From positions 107,914 to 171,913 of the forward strand of contig CAZEQZ010000001.1 in the NCBI GenBank assembly GCA_964514595.1: a stretch of DNA of 64,000 bases, read 5' to 3'. Shown here one piece after another: positions 1-7,812 of this stretch. The notes below the pieces were generated by a model. That model did no database searches, was not told the origin of the DNA, and saw only the letters and a list, made by a program, of their open reading frames with translations. The stretch is from an uncultured Candidatus Saccharibacteria bacterium (GTDB taxonomy: Bacteria > Patescibacteriota > Dojkabacteria > SC72). Position 1 is the stretch's first letter. Every line of letters begins with the position of its first letter. Both the position numbers and the translations under genes were made by a program.

Positions 1-357
1 GTAGTAGGGGAAGTTTTTTATGGCCTGTGCGTTCTGTACTAGTATTTTGTTACTTGGATTCTTTTTGTTATATTCATCTATATGGTCTATGATAAATCTC
101 TTGAAATGATATTCCTTCTCATCATCTAGGCTATGACCTCTAAATATAATGTGGGAGTATTCTAAAACGTCCTTCCTATTAGCCATAATAGAAGTTTTTC
201 CATTTCCAAAAAGAAACTCTAACTGGTCATTGTATACGAAATCATATTCTATATCTCTCTTCTTTAATTCTTCTACTAACCTAGCAGAACCTGTGGGAAT
301 TTCTCCCATTGTATCTACCTGTACTCTCTGTCTTTTGTCTATGATTAAGTATTTCAT
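1..357 (-). CDS. Partial CDS running off the window start; probable RimK-type ATP-grasp ligase N-terminal part
   Basis: Not in the ORF track. Hand translation from ATG at 357: MKYLIIDKRQRVQVDTMGEIPTGSARLVEELKKRDIEYDFVYNDQLEF...HIIFRG...ILVQNAQAIKNFPYY, open to base 1. Resembles a RimK pre-ATP-grasp region and starts right after the preceding stop. Confidence 0.6.
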   Translation of the reverse strand, partial: MKYLIIDKRQRVQVDTMGEIPTGSARLVEELKKRDIEYDFVYNDQLEFLFGNGKTSIMANRKDVLEYSHIIFRGHSLDDEKEYHFKRFIIDHIDEYNKKNPSNKILVQNAQAIKNFPYY

Positions 358-358
358 A

Positions 359-2050
359 CTATATGATTTTAATTTTATCTATTAACCCTTTTCTTTGGTA
401 TTTTCTTATTATCTTAAAATTCTCCTTCTGTGTACTTTGCTGTTTACTTACTATCACTAAGTCTATTCTATCAAATCCTAAGCCATTTTCTCTCACATCT
501 TGCCAATCTCTATGATGTATTAGAATCGCATCTAGGGAAGCATTAATTTTAAGAGCTTCGATAGCCTTCTGCTTATCTACACCCGAATTTACCTTAAGAG
601 AGTTAAAAAGTATATCTCCATCTTTAAACTCTCCTATATATTCCTCATCTGTTAGGTATGAACCGAGTATACTTTTCTGTCTTAATAGGGTGGGGATGTC
701 TTTTGTAAATTGTCCGATGGTGACTATTCTTTTTGTTTTATTCTCTTTGAGTAACTTCTCTATATATATGTCTCCAACATACTCTCTACTTTCTCCAATT
801 ACAGGGAATAGATTAAGGTATGCTTCTGGCATAGTATTAATTTCTAGAATGCCTCCATTTTCCTTTGTGAGAGGCTTACTAATATCGTTGCAGAGTATAT
901 CAGCCCCAATTACAAATGCATGGATGGATTTAGCTATGCTTTCTACGATGTATTTAATCTCGGGACCTACCTTATCTGTATAGTCCTCTGTTATACCTCC
1001 TTGGCTCATACTGGCAACCTTTCTGACAGTTACCTTCTCATCTTTCTTAGGAATATACTGAAGGGAGAGGTTTTGCTCCTTGAGGAATTCTAGGAGTGGT
1101 TCATCTATCCTGATTGGTTTTAATGTGTGAGCGGGGTTAGATATATCTCTTCTGGGATCATTGTTTGTTTCTTCTATAAGTTGTTCTATGTTCTTTTTAC
1201 CATCTCCGATTATAAATGCGGGGATTCTTTTTGTGACAATTTCCAATTTGCCATCTATCACAAGAAGTCTGTAGTCTTCTCCCTGTACCTGCTCTTGCAT
1301 CATAATTTTCTTTTGCCATAGGGGTCTTATCTTTTCATCTGTTTTCTCCTTAGCCCATCTGTATGCTTTCTTTGCTTGATCTATAGTTTTAATATTCATA
1401 GATACACCTTTCCCACCTGTGAGTCCTGTTGGTTTGATAACTAGGGGCTTTTGATATAGATCCCAGGTCTTCTCAATATCATCTTCGCTTTCTAATACCT
1501 GCCATTTGGGTATTGGGAGGGCGAGCTTTTCTATTATTTGATTAGATGCCCATTTGTCTCTCTGTATCTCTTTTGCAATTTTAGAATCCTGACTAGAGGA
1601 TATGGAGTACATTATTTGAGAACCTTTGCCACATCCTAATGTATAGTGACGATTTAATGTCTTGGTATATCCAAGCATCCTGTCCATGACTAGGGTGGGG
1701 GTTACCTCATATCCTTTTTTAAAGGCAGAATTAAGGAGAGTTAAGGTGGACATGGAAGCAACTCGGTACTTTATCACCTCATTAACAATATATTCCTTTG
1801 CGTCTTCGTATGTTATTTTGTCTATAGACAGGTCTATTAATGTATATGCGATTTCTTTCCAAAGAGAAGGAAGCTTTGATTCTAATAGTAATTGATCTTG
1901 TTGAAATTTGAAGGATTTAAGAAATAGGGGATGGAAGTTTTGTATTAATTTCAAAAGCTCTTTTACTGACTCTGTCTCATTTATTTTAACAGTAATTATG
2001 GAGGTTTCTGATTGTAGGTTGAGTCCTTGTAGTGTGGTTATATCTTTCAT
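359..2050 (-). CDS. Cyanophycin synthetase-like ATP-grasp ligase with degenerate, truncated Mur-like domain (CphA2-like)
   Basis: LVIKPTGLTGGKGV, QEQVQGEDYRLLVIDG, RIPAFIIGDGKKNIEQLIEETNNDPRR, ASMSQGG, ILEINTMP match the CphA ATP-grasp core; the GLGFDRIDLVIV tail resembles a Mur-domain remnant. Confidence 0.75.
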   Translation of the reverse strand: MKDITTLQGLNLQSETSIITVKINETESVKELLKLIQNFHPLFLKSFKFQQDQLLLESKLPSLWKEIAYTLIDLSIDKITYEDAKEYIVNEVIKYRVASMSTLTLLNSAFKKGYEVTPTLVMDRMLGYTKTLNRHYTLGCGKGSQIMYSISSSQDSKIAKEIQRDKWASNQIIEKLALPIPKWQVLESEDDIEKTWDLYQKPLVIKPTGLTGGKGVSMNIKTIDQAKKAYRWAKEKTDEKIRPLWQKKIMMQEQVQGEDYRLLVIDGKLEIVTKRIPAFIIGDGKKNIEQLIEETNNDPRRDISNPAHTLKPIRIDEPLLEFLKEQNLSLQYIPKKDEKVTVRKVASMSQGGITEDYTDKVGPEIKYIVESIAKSIHAFVIGADILCNDISKPLTKENGGILEINTMPEAYLNLFPVIGESREYVGDIYIEKLLKENKTKRIVTIGQFTKDIPTLLRQKSILGSYLTDEEYIGEFKDGDILFNSLKVNSGVDKQKAIEALKINASLDAILIHHRDWQDVRENGLGFDRIDLVIVSKQQSTQKENFKIIRKYQRKGLIDKIKII

Positions 2051-2058
2051 TTTACTGT

Positions 2059-3045
2059 TTAAGAATTTATATATTTATCTCTGATATATTCCATAATTGG
2101 AATAGCAACTTTCACAACTTTTCCCCTATCTACCTTGTAGTGAAGTCTGAGTCCAGGATTATAGTTAATTTCATTTATGGCTAGTTTAGATGGTTTGGAG
2201 ATATTTTCTGCTATTATGTCCACTCCGCCAAATTCTGCACCAACAACTCTTACCGCTTTTATGGCTATCTGTTTGTAGTAGTCGTGTACTTCAGACATGC
2301 ACTCCTGTGTGCTACCACCTGTGGTTAAGTTACAGTTGTATCTAAGTATTATCTCTTCGTCTTTATCTGGTACATAGTCTAGATCTAGGCTAGAGCGTTG
2401 TAGTTTGAGTACCACCTCGTTATCAATATTTATTGGCTTCAATCTGTTATTTTTTCTCTGTAAGTTCTTTTGTGTGATTAGCTCCCTTATAGTATTCTTG
2501 CTATTGCCAATAACATGGGCTGCTTTCCTTCTAACTACACCAATAACCTTCTCTCCTACGACTAAGAATCTGTAGTTTTCACCATGCATAAACTCCTCCG
2601 CTAAAACCTTGCTTTTAGATATAGATTTAGAATTCTCTAAAGCTATTTCATATGCCTTTAACACCTGTTCTTCTGTTTGGGGCAAGATAGTGACTCCTAT
2701 ACCGCCTAACTGTTGTGTTGGCTTTAATACAATATCTTTGTACTTTCCAAAGAACTTAATTGCATCTATAGGGGCTTGTATGTCCTCTTGTATTGGTACT
2801 GGTAGATCTTTATCTTTTAGTACTAAGTTAGTTAAGTGTTTTCTTTTACATATAGTAGTACTTGTTGCGGGGGTTAGAGGTGTTACAGTATTAATTATGA
2901 ACCAATGTTTCTTTTTGTATTCAAATTTAGCAAGCAAGCTTCTTATTAAAATTTCGTATTTAATATCCAATTCATCAGCTGCCTCTAGGTAGTAGGCGAG
3001 GTGTACGTTTCCTGCTTCTTTTAGATAGTATTCGTATGATTTCAT
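2059..3045 (-). CDS. ATP-grasp ligase (CphA/GshF-like single domain)
   Basis: VLKPTQQLGGIGV, EEFMHGENYRFLVVG, CNLTTGG, FGGVDII, EINYNPGL motifs. Confidence 0.8.
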   Translation of the reverse strand: MKSYEYYLKEAGNVHLAYYLEAADELDIKYEILIRSLLAKFEYKKKHWFIINTVTPLTPATSTTICKRKHLTNLVLKDKDLPVPIQEDIQAPIDAIKFFGKYKDIVLKPTQQLGGIGVTILPQTEEQVLKAYEIALENSKSISKSKVLAEEFMHGENYRFLVVGEKVIGVVRRKAAHVIGNSKNTIRELITQKNLQRKNNRLKPINIDNEVVLKLQRSSLDLDYVPDKDEEIILRYNCNLTTGGSTQECMSEVHDYYKQIAIKAVRVVGAEFGGVDIIAENISKPSKLAINEINYNPGLRLHYKVDRGKVVKVAIPIMEYIRDKYINS

Positions 3046-3049
3046 GTTT

Positions 3050-4498
3050 TTATTTAAATGTTTTACTCGTATCTATTAGATATCCTTTCAGTTCATTTCT
3101 TCCTATAACTACAGGATATATGGAGTCTTCTATTATTATCATCTCTATATCTTTAATTTCACCAGATATCTTGGTTTTGACATCTACTACCGGTCTTATT
3201 TTAACTCCATTTTCCTCTACGACTCTTGCGACTCTTTTGAAAATTTTATTGTTAAACATCTCCTTATTTTCATCAATATATTTTTGAGCTTCTTTGGGAG
3301 ATTCAAATTTTTCAGGAATGGGCAAAGAGTTGAAGAATTTAATTGTTGGCATGAATCCTATTCTATTGGCCATGCTTTTTGATATACGAGATGTTAATAT
3401 CCCTGTATCCATGAATGAATTGGTGATCTCTTTTTTCAAATCTTTTAATTCTTTATCTTCGTTATAGTACAGAATTATCTTCTCATTGATATTAACAACT
3501 TTCCTCCCACTAATTGCCTCTATGCTTTCCTCTACCTCCCCACCAAAAAGATTCTTAGCTACTCTGATCCCATGCTTTATACTTTTTATTTGTAGTCCTT
3601 TGACCTTTTCTAATCTCCACCTAAGGCCTGTTCTGTTTGCAACCTGTATACCTAATCCTGGCCTGGCATTTAATTCAAATACAACAGGCCCCTTATCTCT
3701 ATCTAGTGCAATATCTACACCTATATATCCAAGCTTACTAACTTTTTGACATACCAAGGCTATTCTTAATAACTCATCCCAGAAAGGAATTTGTATACCA
3801 CTAAGTTTTTTGTTCTCTTTTAGATCTGTTGTGGAGTCTATAATCTCATATGTGTCACTAAACAATGACTTAGGTGCCATCTGCATAGAGTATGTTGTTA
3901 TACCTGTACTAATGTCTATACCTGTACATATAGCTCCAGAGTGAAGATTTGCAGTACCGTTGGATCGTTTTGTTGGTAATCTAGTCATTGCCATTATTGG
4001 AACCCCATTAAAACAGATAAGTCTAATATCAGGAACACCTCGGTATGAGTACTGTTTGAGTAGGGGGTCTGTCTTTATTCGTTCCTCTATTATAGCTATG
4101 TCTGTTTTAGAACCCATCGAGAATCTTCCTTCTAATATGTTTTCTATGTGGAGTGTAATGTCTCTTTTATTCATATTCTCTCCACTAGGTCTAATCCATA
4201 CATTCTCGCCTTTCTTTTTGCCATAGAAGACTATTATTCCATTTCCTCCAGTACCTTTGTTAGGTTTGATAACAAAGCTTTTAGGGAGGGAGTCCCAATC
4301 TAGAAATCGCAACTGTTTTTTATTTTTGATTAGCTTATAGACTTCAGGAGATTTTATCCCCTCCTTGGCAAGGACCTTCTTGGTAAGGATTTTGTTGTCT
4401 GCAATACTTTTTGCAGTCGGAGAATTATACGGACGAATATATTCCTGATTTCGTCTATTTAATCCTAGTATTTCTTTGTATTTATTGCTTAGTAACAT
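3050..4498 (-). CDS. Alpha-L-glutamate ligase-like (sugar-transfer-associated) ATP-grasp protein fused to a C-terminal retropepsin/RimB-like protease domain
   Basis: ILGLNRRNQEYIRPYN, ADNKILTK, FVIKPNKGTGGNGI, GVPDIR, MTRLPT...ANLHSGA, ELNARPGLGIQVAN; the C-terminus has MDTG and PVVIGR. Confidence 0.8.
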   Translation of the reverse strand: MLLSNKYKEILGLNRRNQEYIRPYNSPTAKSIADNKILTKKVLAKEGIKSPEVYKLIKNKKQLRFLDWDSLPKSFVIKPNKGTGGNGIIVFYGKKKGENVWIRPSGENMNKRDITLHIENILEGRFSMGSKTDIAIIEERIKTDPLLKQYSYRGVPDIRLICFNGVPIMAMTRLPTKRSNGTANLHSGAICTGIDISTGITTYSMQMAPKSLFSDTYEIIDSTTDLKENKKLSGIQIPFWDELLRIALVCQKVSKLGYIGVDIALDRDKGPVVFELNARPGLGIQVANRTGLRWRLEKVKGLQIKSIKHGIRVAKNLFGGEVEESIEAISGRKVVNINEKIILYYNEDKELKDLKKEITNSFMDTGILTSRISKSMANRIGFMPTIKFFNSLPIPEKFESPKEAQKYIDENKEMFNNKIFKRVARVVEENGVKIRPVVDVKTKISGEIKDIEMIIIEDSIYPVVIGRNELKGYLIDTSKTFK

Positions 4499-5153
4499 TT
4501 TCTTTTTCGGATGTTATTGATTTAAATCTGAATAGATCTTTCACTCTAAGACCTTTGAATTGACCTATTAACAAATTAACAAATATTAGTAGAGGTACGA
4601 TCCAAAGATTCTCCAACATATATCTTGATATATAATCTCGACTGATTGCATACCACCCTATAGTTGAGATAATGAGTGTACTAAGAAGTATCATGGCTGA
4701 TGTTTTAAGAGATTTCTGTACATACTGTTTTATGAAAAAATCCGAGAGTGCAGCGATTGATATAACAGCAAGTGGGGGTATTTGTGCCATGTTTTCTAAT
4801 CCCAGACCGTATCGATTGATTAACAGAAAGAATATCACTAGGGATATAGATAGGAGACAGTAGTTAATTGCTATTCTTGTGATGTAGTGCATTCTAATTC
4901 TCTTGATTATTGAGTAGGAGAGTAGGGTAGTTAGTATAACGATTGTAGTTACAGATAGACCATACTTCAAACCTGTATATGTGTATGCAATAGCCAGTAT
5001 TATTGGTGCATATATTCCGTATGTTTTGGAACCAAATATGTACCTAGCTATACTTACAATTGTAGCCAATATGGTTATTGCAACAAGTAGCTCTAGCATC
5101 TGTTTTGATACTCCGTTATCTAATATCCATTGAGTAAAAGAAGAGTATTCCAT
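4482..5153 (-). CDS. 7-TM membrane protein (7TM_transglut-like)
   Basis: About seven hydrophobic segments, GSKTYGIYAPIIL and GQFKGLRVKDLFRF motifs. Start placed at MEYSS (5153) because the longer ORF overlaps the rplL terminator. Confidence 0.75.
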   Translation of the reverse strand: MEYSSFTQWILDNGVSKQMLELLVAITILATIVSIARYIFGSKTYGIYAPIILAIAYTYTGLKYGLSVTTIVILTTLLSYSIIKRIRMHYITRIAINYCLLSISLVIFFLLINRYGLGLENMAQIPPLAVISIAALSDFFIKQYVQKSLKTSAMILLSTLIISTIGWYAISRDYISRYMLENLWIVPLLIFVNLLIGQFKGLRVKDLFRFKSITSEKENVTKQ

Positions 5154-5234
5154 ATATCTAAGTTGATAATTTATTATAATGGCAGATTCCGATGTAATTA
5201 TACTTCTTTTGTATATATCTTGTCGATTAAAAGG

Positions 5235-5259
5235 AAAGACCACCCATTGGGTGGTCTTT
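5235..5259 (-). terminator. Intrinsic terminator-like hairpin downstream of rplL
   Basis: Perfect inverted repeat AAAGACCACCCA-T-TGGGTGGTCTTT with T/A-rich flanks. Confidence 0.75.
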
Positions 5260-5279
5260 TAATCTCATTGTTAAGAAGA

Positions 5280-5684
5280 TTATGCTAATTCAATAGTAGC
5301 ACCTGCTTCCTCGAATTTGCCTTTGATTTCCTCTGCTTCTTCTTTTGCAACACTCTCCTTTACAGTTTGAGGTGCAGAATCTACGAGGTCTTTAGCTTCT
5401 TTGAGTCCTAGTTCTGTTATCTCTCTTACAACTTTAATAACTCCAATCTTGTTAGATCCAGCATCCTTTAATACGATATTGAAAGATGATTTCTCTTCTT
5501 CTGCTGGAGCTGCTTCTGCAACAGGTGCTGCCATAGCAACAGGTGCTGCTGCGCTTACTCCAAACTTGTCTTCCATGACTTTTACAAGATCAGCAAGTTC
5601 TAAGACAGACATTTTCTCTACAATTTCGAGAACTTTTGTACCATTTGCTGAAAGCTCTGGTAATGTTTTTGTCTCTTCTGCCAT
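5280..5684 (-). CDS. rplL: 50S ribosomal protein L7/L12
   Basis: [34 protein letters not shown]. Confidence 0.98.
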   Translation of the reverse strand: MAEETKTLPELSANGTKVLEIVEKMSVLELADLVKVMEDKFGVSAAAPVAMAAPVAEAAPAEEEKSSFNIVLKDAGSNKIGVIKVVREITELGLKEAKDLVDSAPQTVKESVAKEEAEEIKGKFEEAGATIELA

Positions 5685-5722
5685 ATTTGTATATTAATTA
5701 AATTAAGTAGTTATTTGTCTAA

Positions 5723-6244
5723 TTAAGCATTCTTCTCAGATATGCCCTTAAGAACCACGGTTAAACCTTTAACATTGCCTGTGACGGCATTCATAAAGCC
5801 GGATAGTGGGGCGTTCATAGTTCCTACTAATTGGCTTAACAACACCTCTCTGGATGGAATTTCTGCAAGTTGCATAACTTTCTCCTCAGATAGGAATTCT
5901 CCCTCATATACTCCACCTTTTGCACTAAGTAATTCTGTTTCTTTCTGTAATTGCTTGATTAATTTTGCAGGAGCAGTTGGGTCCTCGTCAAAATATATTA
6001 CTGCTGTTGGACCATCTAATTCTTGTGTTTGAATAGGTTGTTCTGTCTCTTGTAGGGCGACTTTAAATATACTGTTCTTGACAACGGTATAATTAGAGCT
6101 AATATCTTTTAGTTGAGACTTAAGTTTGGATACAGTTGGTGTATCTGTTTTGTCAGAGCTAACCAAAAAATATCCTACTTTATTTTTTAGAATATCTTTA
6201 TATTTATCCAATAACTCTGTTTTTTGTGTACGAGTTTTTGCCAT
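5723..6244 (-). CDS. rplJ: 50S ribosomal protein L10
   Basis: VVKNSIFKVAL, GPTAV, LAEIPSREVLLSQL; lies upstream of rplL. Confidence 0.95.
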   Translation of the reverse strand: MAKTRTQKTELLDKYKDILKNKVGYFLVSSDKTDTPTVSKLKSQLKDISSNYTVVKNSIFKVALQETEQPIQTQELDGPTAVIYFDEDPTAPAKLIKQLQKETELLSAKGGVYEGEFLSEEKVMQLAEIPSREVLLSQLVGTMNAPLSGFMNAVTGNVKGLTVVLKGISEKNA

Positions 6245-6276
6245 ATTATTATATTTTAAATTTGAATGTATATATT

Positions 6277-6316
6277 ACCTCGCAAGGATTTATGTTTGTA
6301 CCTTGTTTCTTAGGTT
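6277..6316 (-). promoter_or_regulatory. Candidate L10 leader (autogenous control RNA)
   Basis: Minus strand CCTAAGAAACAAGGTACAAACATAAATCCTTGCGAGG directly upstream of rplJ resembles the L10-leader pattern (CC..AGA..AGG...TAAA..CCT.CGAGG). Confidence 0.55.
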
Positions 6317-6328
6317 AATACTAGAGCG

Positions 6329-6357
6329 ATTATATCAGTGTGGTAGGGGTTGGTCAA
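6329..6357 (-). promoter_or_regulatory. Sigma70-type promoter for rplJL
   Basis: TTGACC-17 nt-TATAAT on the minus strand with an extended TG. Confidence 0.7.
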
Positions 6358-6424
6358 GAGAGGGTGGTATGTGATATGTCTAGATATAATGATCTATATA
6401 GAGACATAATCGCCATCCTCTCTT
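6356..6424. repeat. Long imperfect hairpin, copy 1 of a conserved motif
   Basis: AAGAGAGGGTGGT...GCCATCCTCTCTT with inner TATGTCT...AGACATA arms. Confidence 0.7.
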
Positions 6425-6435
6425 TTCCAAATTTG

Positions 6436-6666
6436 TTATTGTTCTTCTTTCAGGTCTCCGTTTTCAAGCTCTATTGTGAGTGTTATAGTATCGCCTAAAG
6501 GGAATCTGATCCACGAGTAGCTGTGAGTTCTTTCGTTGTTTCTTATTAAAACAACTATTGTGTCCGGATCATCCTCCTTCTGTTTTATAGTGATTATGGA
6601 ATTTCCTTCTCTCGGGATACTTATGTGAAGCTTTTTCAACAATGGTAGTATCTCTTGCTTTTGCAT
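6436..6666 (-). CDS. Small hypothetical protein (76 aa)
   Basis: ATG preceded by a purine-rich GAGAGAGG SD-like tract and its own TTTACA-17-TAGAAT promoter. Confidence 0.6.
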   Translation of the reverse strand: MQKQEILPLLKKLHISIPREGNSIITIKQKEDDPDTIVVLIRNNERTHSYSWIRFPLGDTITLTIELENGDLKEEQ

Positions 6667-6713
6667 CAGCCTCTCTCTTTCTTTTTTAAGAACAACAAAT
6701 TTTTGAAAGCAGT

Positions 6714-6742
6714 ATTCTACTCCTTAATATGTGAATTGTAAA
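6714..6742 (-). promoter_or_regulatory. Sigma70-type promoter for the 76-aa ORF
   Basis: TTTACA-17 nt-TAGAAT on the minus strand. Confidence 0.6.
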
Positions 6743-6821
6743 CAGGGGGGACGAGAAGGGAGGGTGATATACAATGTAAATTGTGATGAAAACAATCATC
6801 CTCCCTTATCTTTGTTTACAA
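6736..6821. repeat. Long imperfect hairpin, copy 2 of a conserved motif
   Basis: AAGGGAGGGTGAT...ATCATCCTCCCTT (6756-6807), extended by TTGTAAACA / TGTTTACAA outer arms. Confidence 0.7.
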
Positions 6822-6861
6822 ACTTACTAGCTTATTGGTTGACGTCTGGGATAAGATATTT

Positions 6862-7089
6862 CTAGCTAATTTGAAAGTTAAGAAGAGCAACCTCCTTCGG
6901 AGGAAGTTTCTTCAACTCTTCAAATAGTAGTCCCTGTATCTTGTCCTCAGGAAGATCCTCAGGGATCTCGCGTTCCATATGATTAAGGAGATTTTGTTCA
7001 AATTCCTCCTCGTTGTCTGCAACGGGGCATTTACTGCCCTGGCATAGTGTCACAGGACATACACAGCACGGATACTTCCAAGCAATCAT
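6862..7089 (-). CDS. Small Cys-rich hypothetical protein (75 aa)
   Basis: AAGGAG SD 6 nt before ATG at 7089; MIAWKYPCCVCPVTLCQGSKCPV followed by an acidic helical tail. Confidence 0.65.
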   Translation of the reverse strand: MIAWKYPCCVCPVTLCQGSKCPVADNEEEFEQNLLNHMEREIPEDLPEDKIQGLLFEELKKLPPKEVALLNFQIS

Positions 7090-7151
7090 CAGTAACTCCT
7101 TTGTTTTAATGCGGAAATTTTTAAGAGCAACAGTAAGTTTGTTGCCTATAG

Positions 7152-7180
7152 ATTTTATCTTATAGTGACGGTTTTGTGAA
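7152..7180 (-). promoter_or_regulatory. Sigma70-type promoter for the Cys-rich ORF
   Basis: TTCACA-17 nt-TAAAAT on the minus strand. Confidence 0.55.
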
Positions 7181-7193
7181 GTGTTAAAGTAGA

Positions 7194-7232
7194 TTGACAT
7201 TCCGTGAGTGATCTGGTAGTATGTGGCTACTA
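7194..7232 (+). promoter_or_regulatory. TA operon promoter with overlapping operator palindrome
   Basis: TTGACA-17 nt-TAGTAT; the inverted repeat TAGTA-tgtggc-TACTA overlaps the -10. Confidence 0.7.
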
Positions 7233-7250
7233 ATCTGTGAGTATTTCTGT

Positions 7251-7526
7251 ATGGCAAAATATGAAAATAGACTACAAGTAAGTGTCTCTAATAAGTTACA
7301 TTCTAGACTTAGGGATAGAGCGGAATATCTAGGTGCTTCTTTACCTGAATATGTAAGGTATGTTTTGATGAAAGAAATGGAGAAAGGAGAATTAGAGAAT
7401 AATTCTGAATATATACAACTTGCAAAAGAGAGTTTAGAGGATTCTAGAAAGGGAAAGTTGAAAGAGTTTCCTAATGTAGATGAGGCATTGAAATATCTTG
7501 ATGCTTACGTGCGAAGCGATGAGTAA
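7251..7526 (+). CDS. Type II antitoxin (ribbon-helix-helix, RelB/DinJ-like)
   Basis: RLQVSV strand plus helices (LRDRAEYLGASLPEYVRYVL), C-terminal GKLKEFPNVDEALKYL; overlaps the toxin gene. Confidence 0.75.
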   Translation: MAKYENRLQVSVSNKLHSRLRDRAEYLGASLPEYVRYVLMKEMEKGELENNSEYIQLAKESLEDSRKGKLKEFPNVDEALKYLDAYVRSDE

Positions 7527-7812
7527 TTATAAGATAGGATTCAACCAAAAATTCCTTAGAAAAATAAAAACTATTTATAAAAAGGATAAAGTTCTGTATG
7601 CCAAATATCTTAAGGTTATAGAGAGGGTGGGAAAAGATCCTTTTGCCGGTGGGTTGAGGACCCATTCTACAGGAGTGATAGATCACGGGAGAATCTTTAG
7701 CTCTAGGGTAACTGGTGATATTAGGGTTATTTGGTGTATAGAGCAGAAAGAAAAAAGGATAATACTATTAGATATTGGTGGGCACGAGGGAGGCAAGAAA
7801 GTTTACAAATAA
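7519..7812 (+). CDS. Type II toxin, RelE/YafQ superfamily mRNA interferase
   Basis: YKIGFNQKFLRKIK, DPF..GLRTH, FSSRVTGDIRVIW, ILLDIGGH. Confidence 0.85.
   Translation: MSNYKIGFNQKFLRKIKTIYKKDKVLYAKYLKVIERVGKDPFAGGLRTHSTGVIDHGRIFSSRVTGDIRVIWCIEQKEKRIILLDIGGHEGGKKVYK

Noticed and set aside
5154-5243. N-terminal extension of the 7TM ORF given in the ORF track
   Set aside because: Overlaps the rplL terminator and AT-rich promoter-like DNA; ATG at 5153 is more plausible.
7090-7257. Longer 131-aa version of the Cys-rich ORF
   Set aside because: The extension crosses two divergent promoters, and an SD-led ATG exists at 7089.
6350-7812. Integron cassette array (small ORFs, hairpins, TA pair)
   Set aside because: The hairpins lack properly placed RYYYAAC...GTTRRRY ends, each ORF has its own promoter, and no integrase is present in the window.
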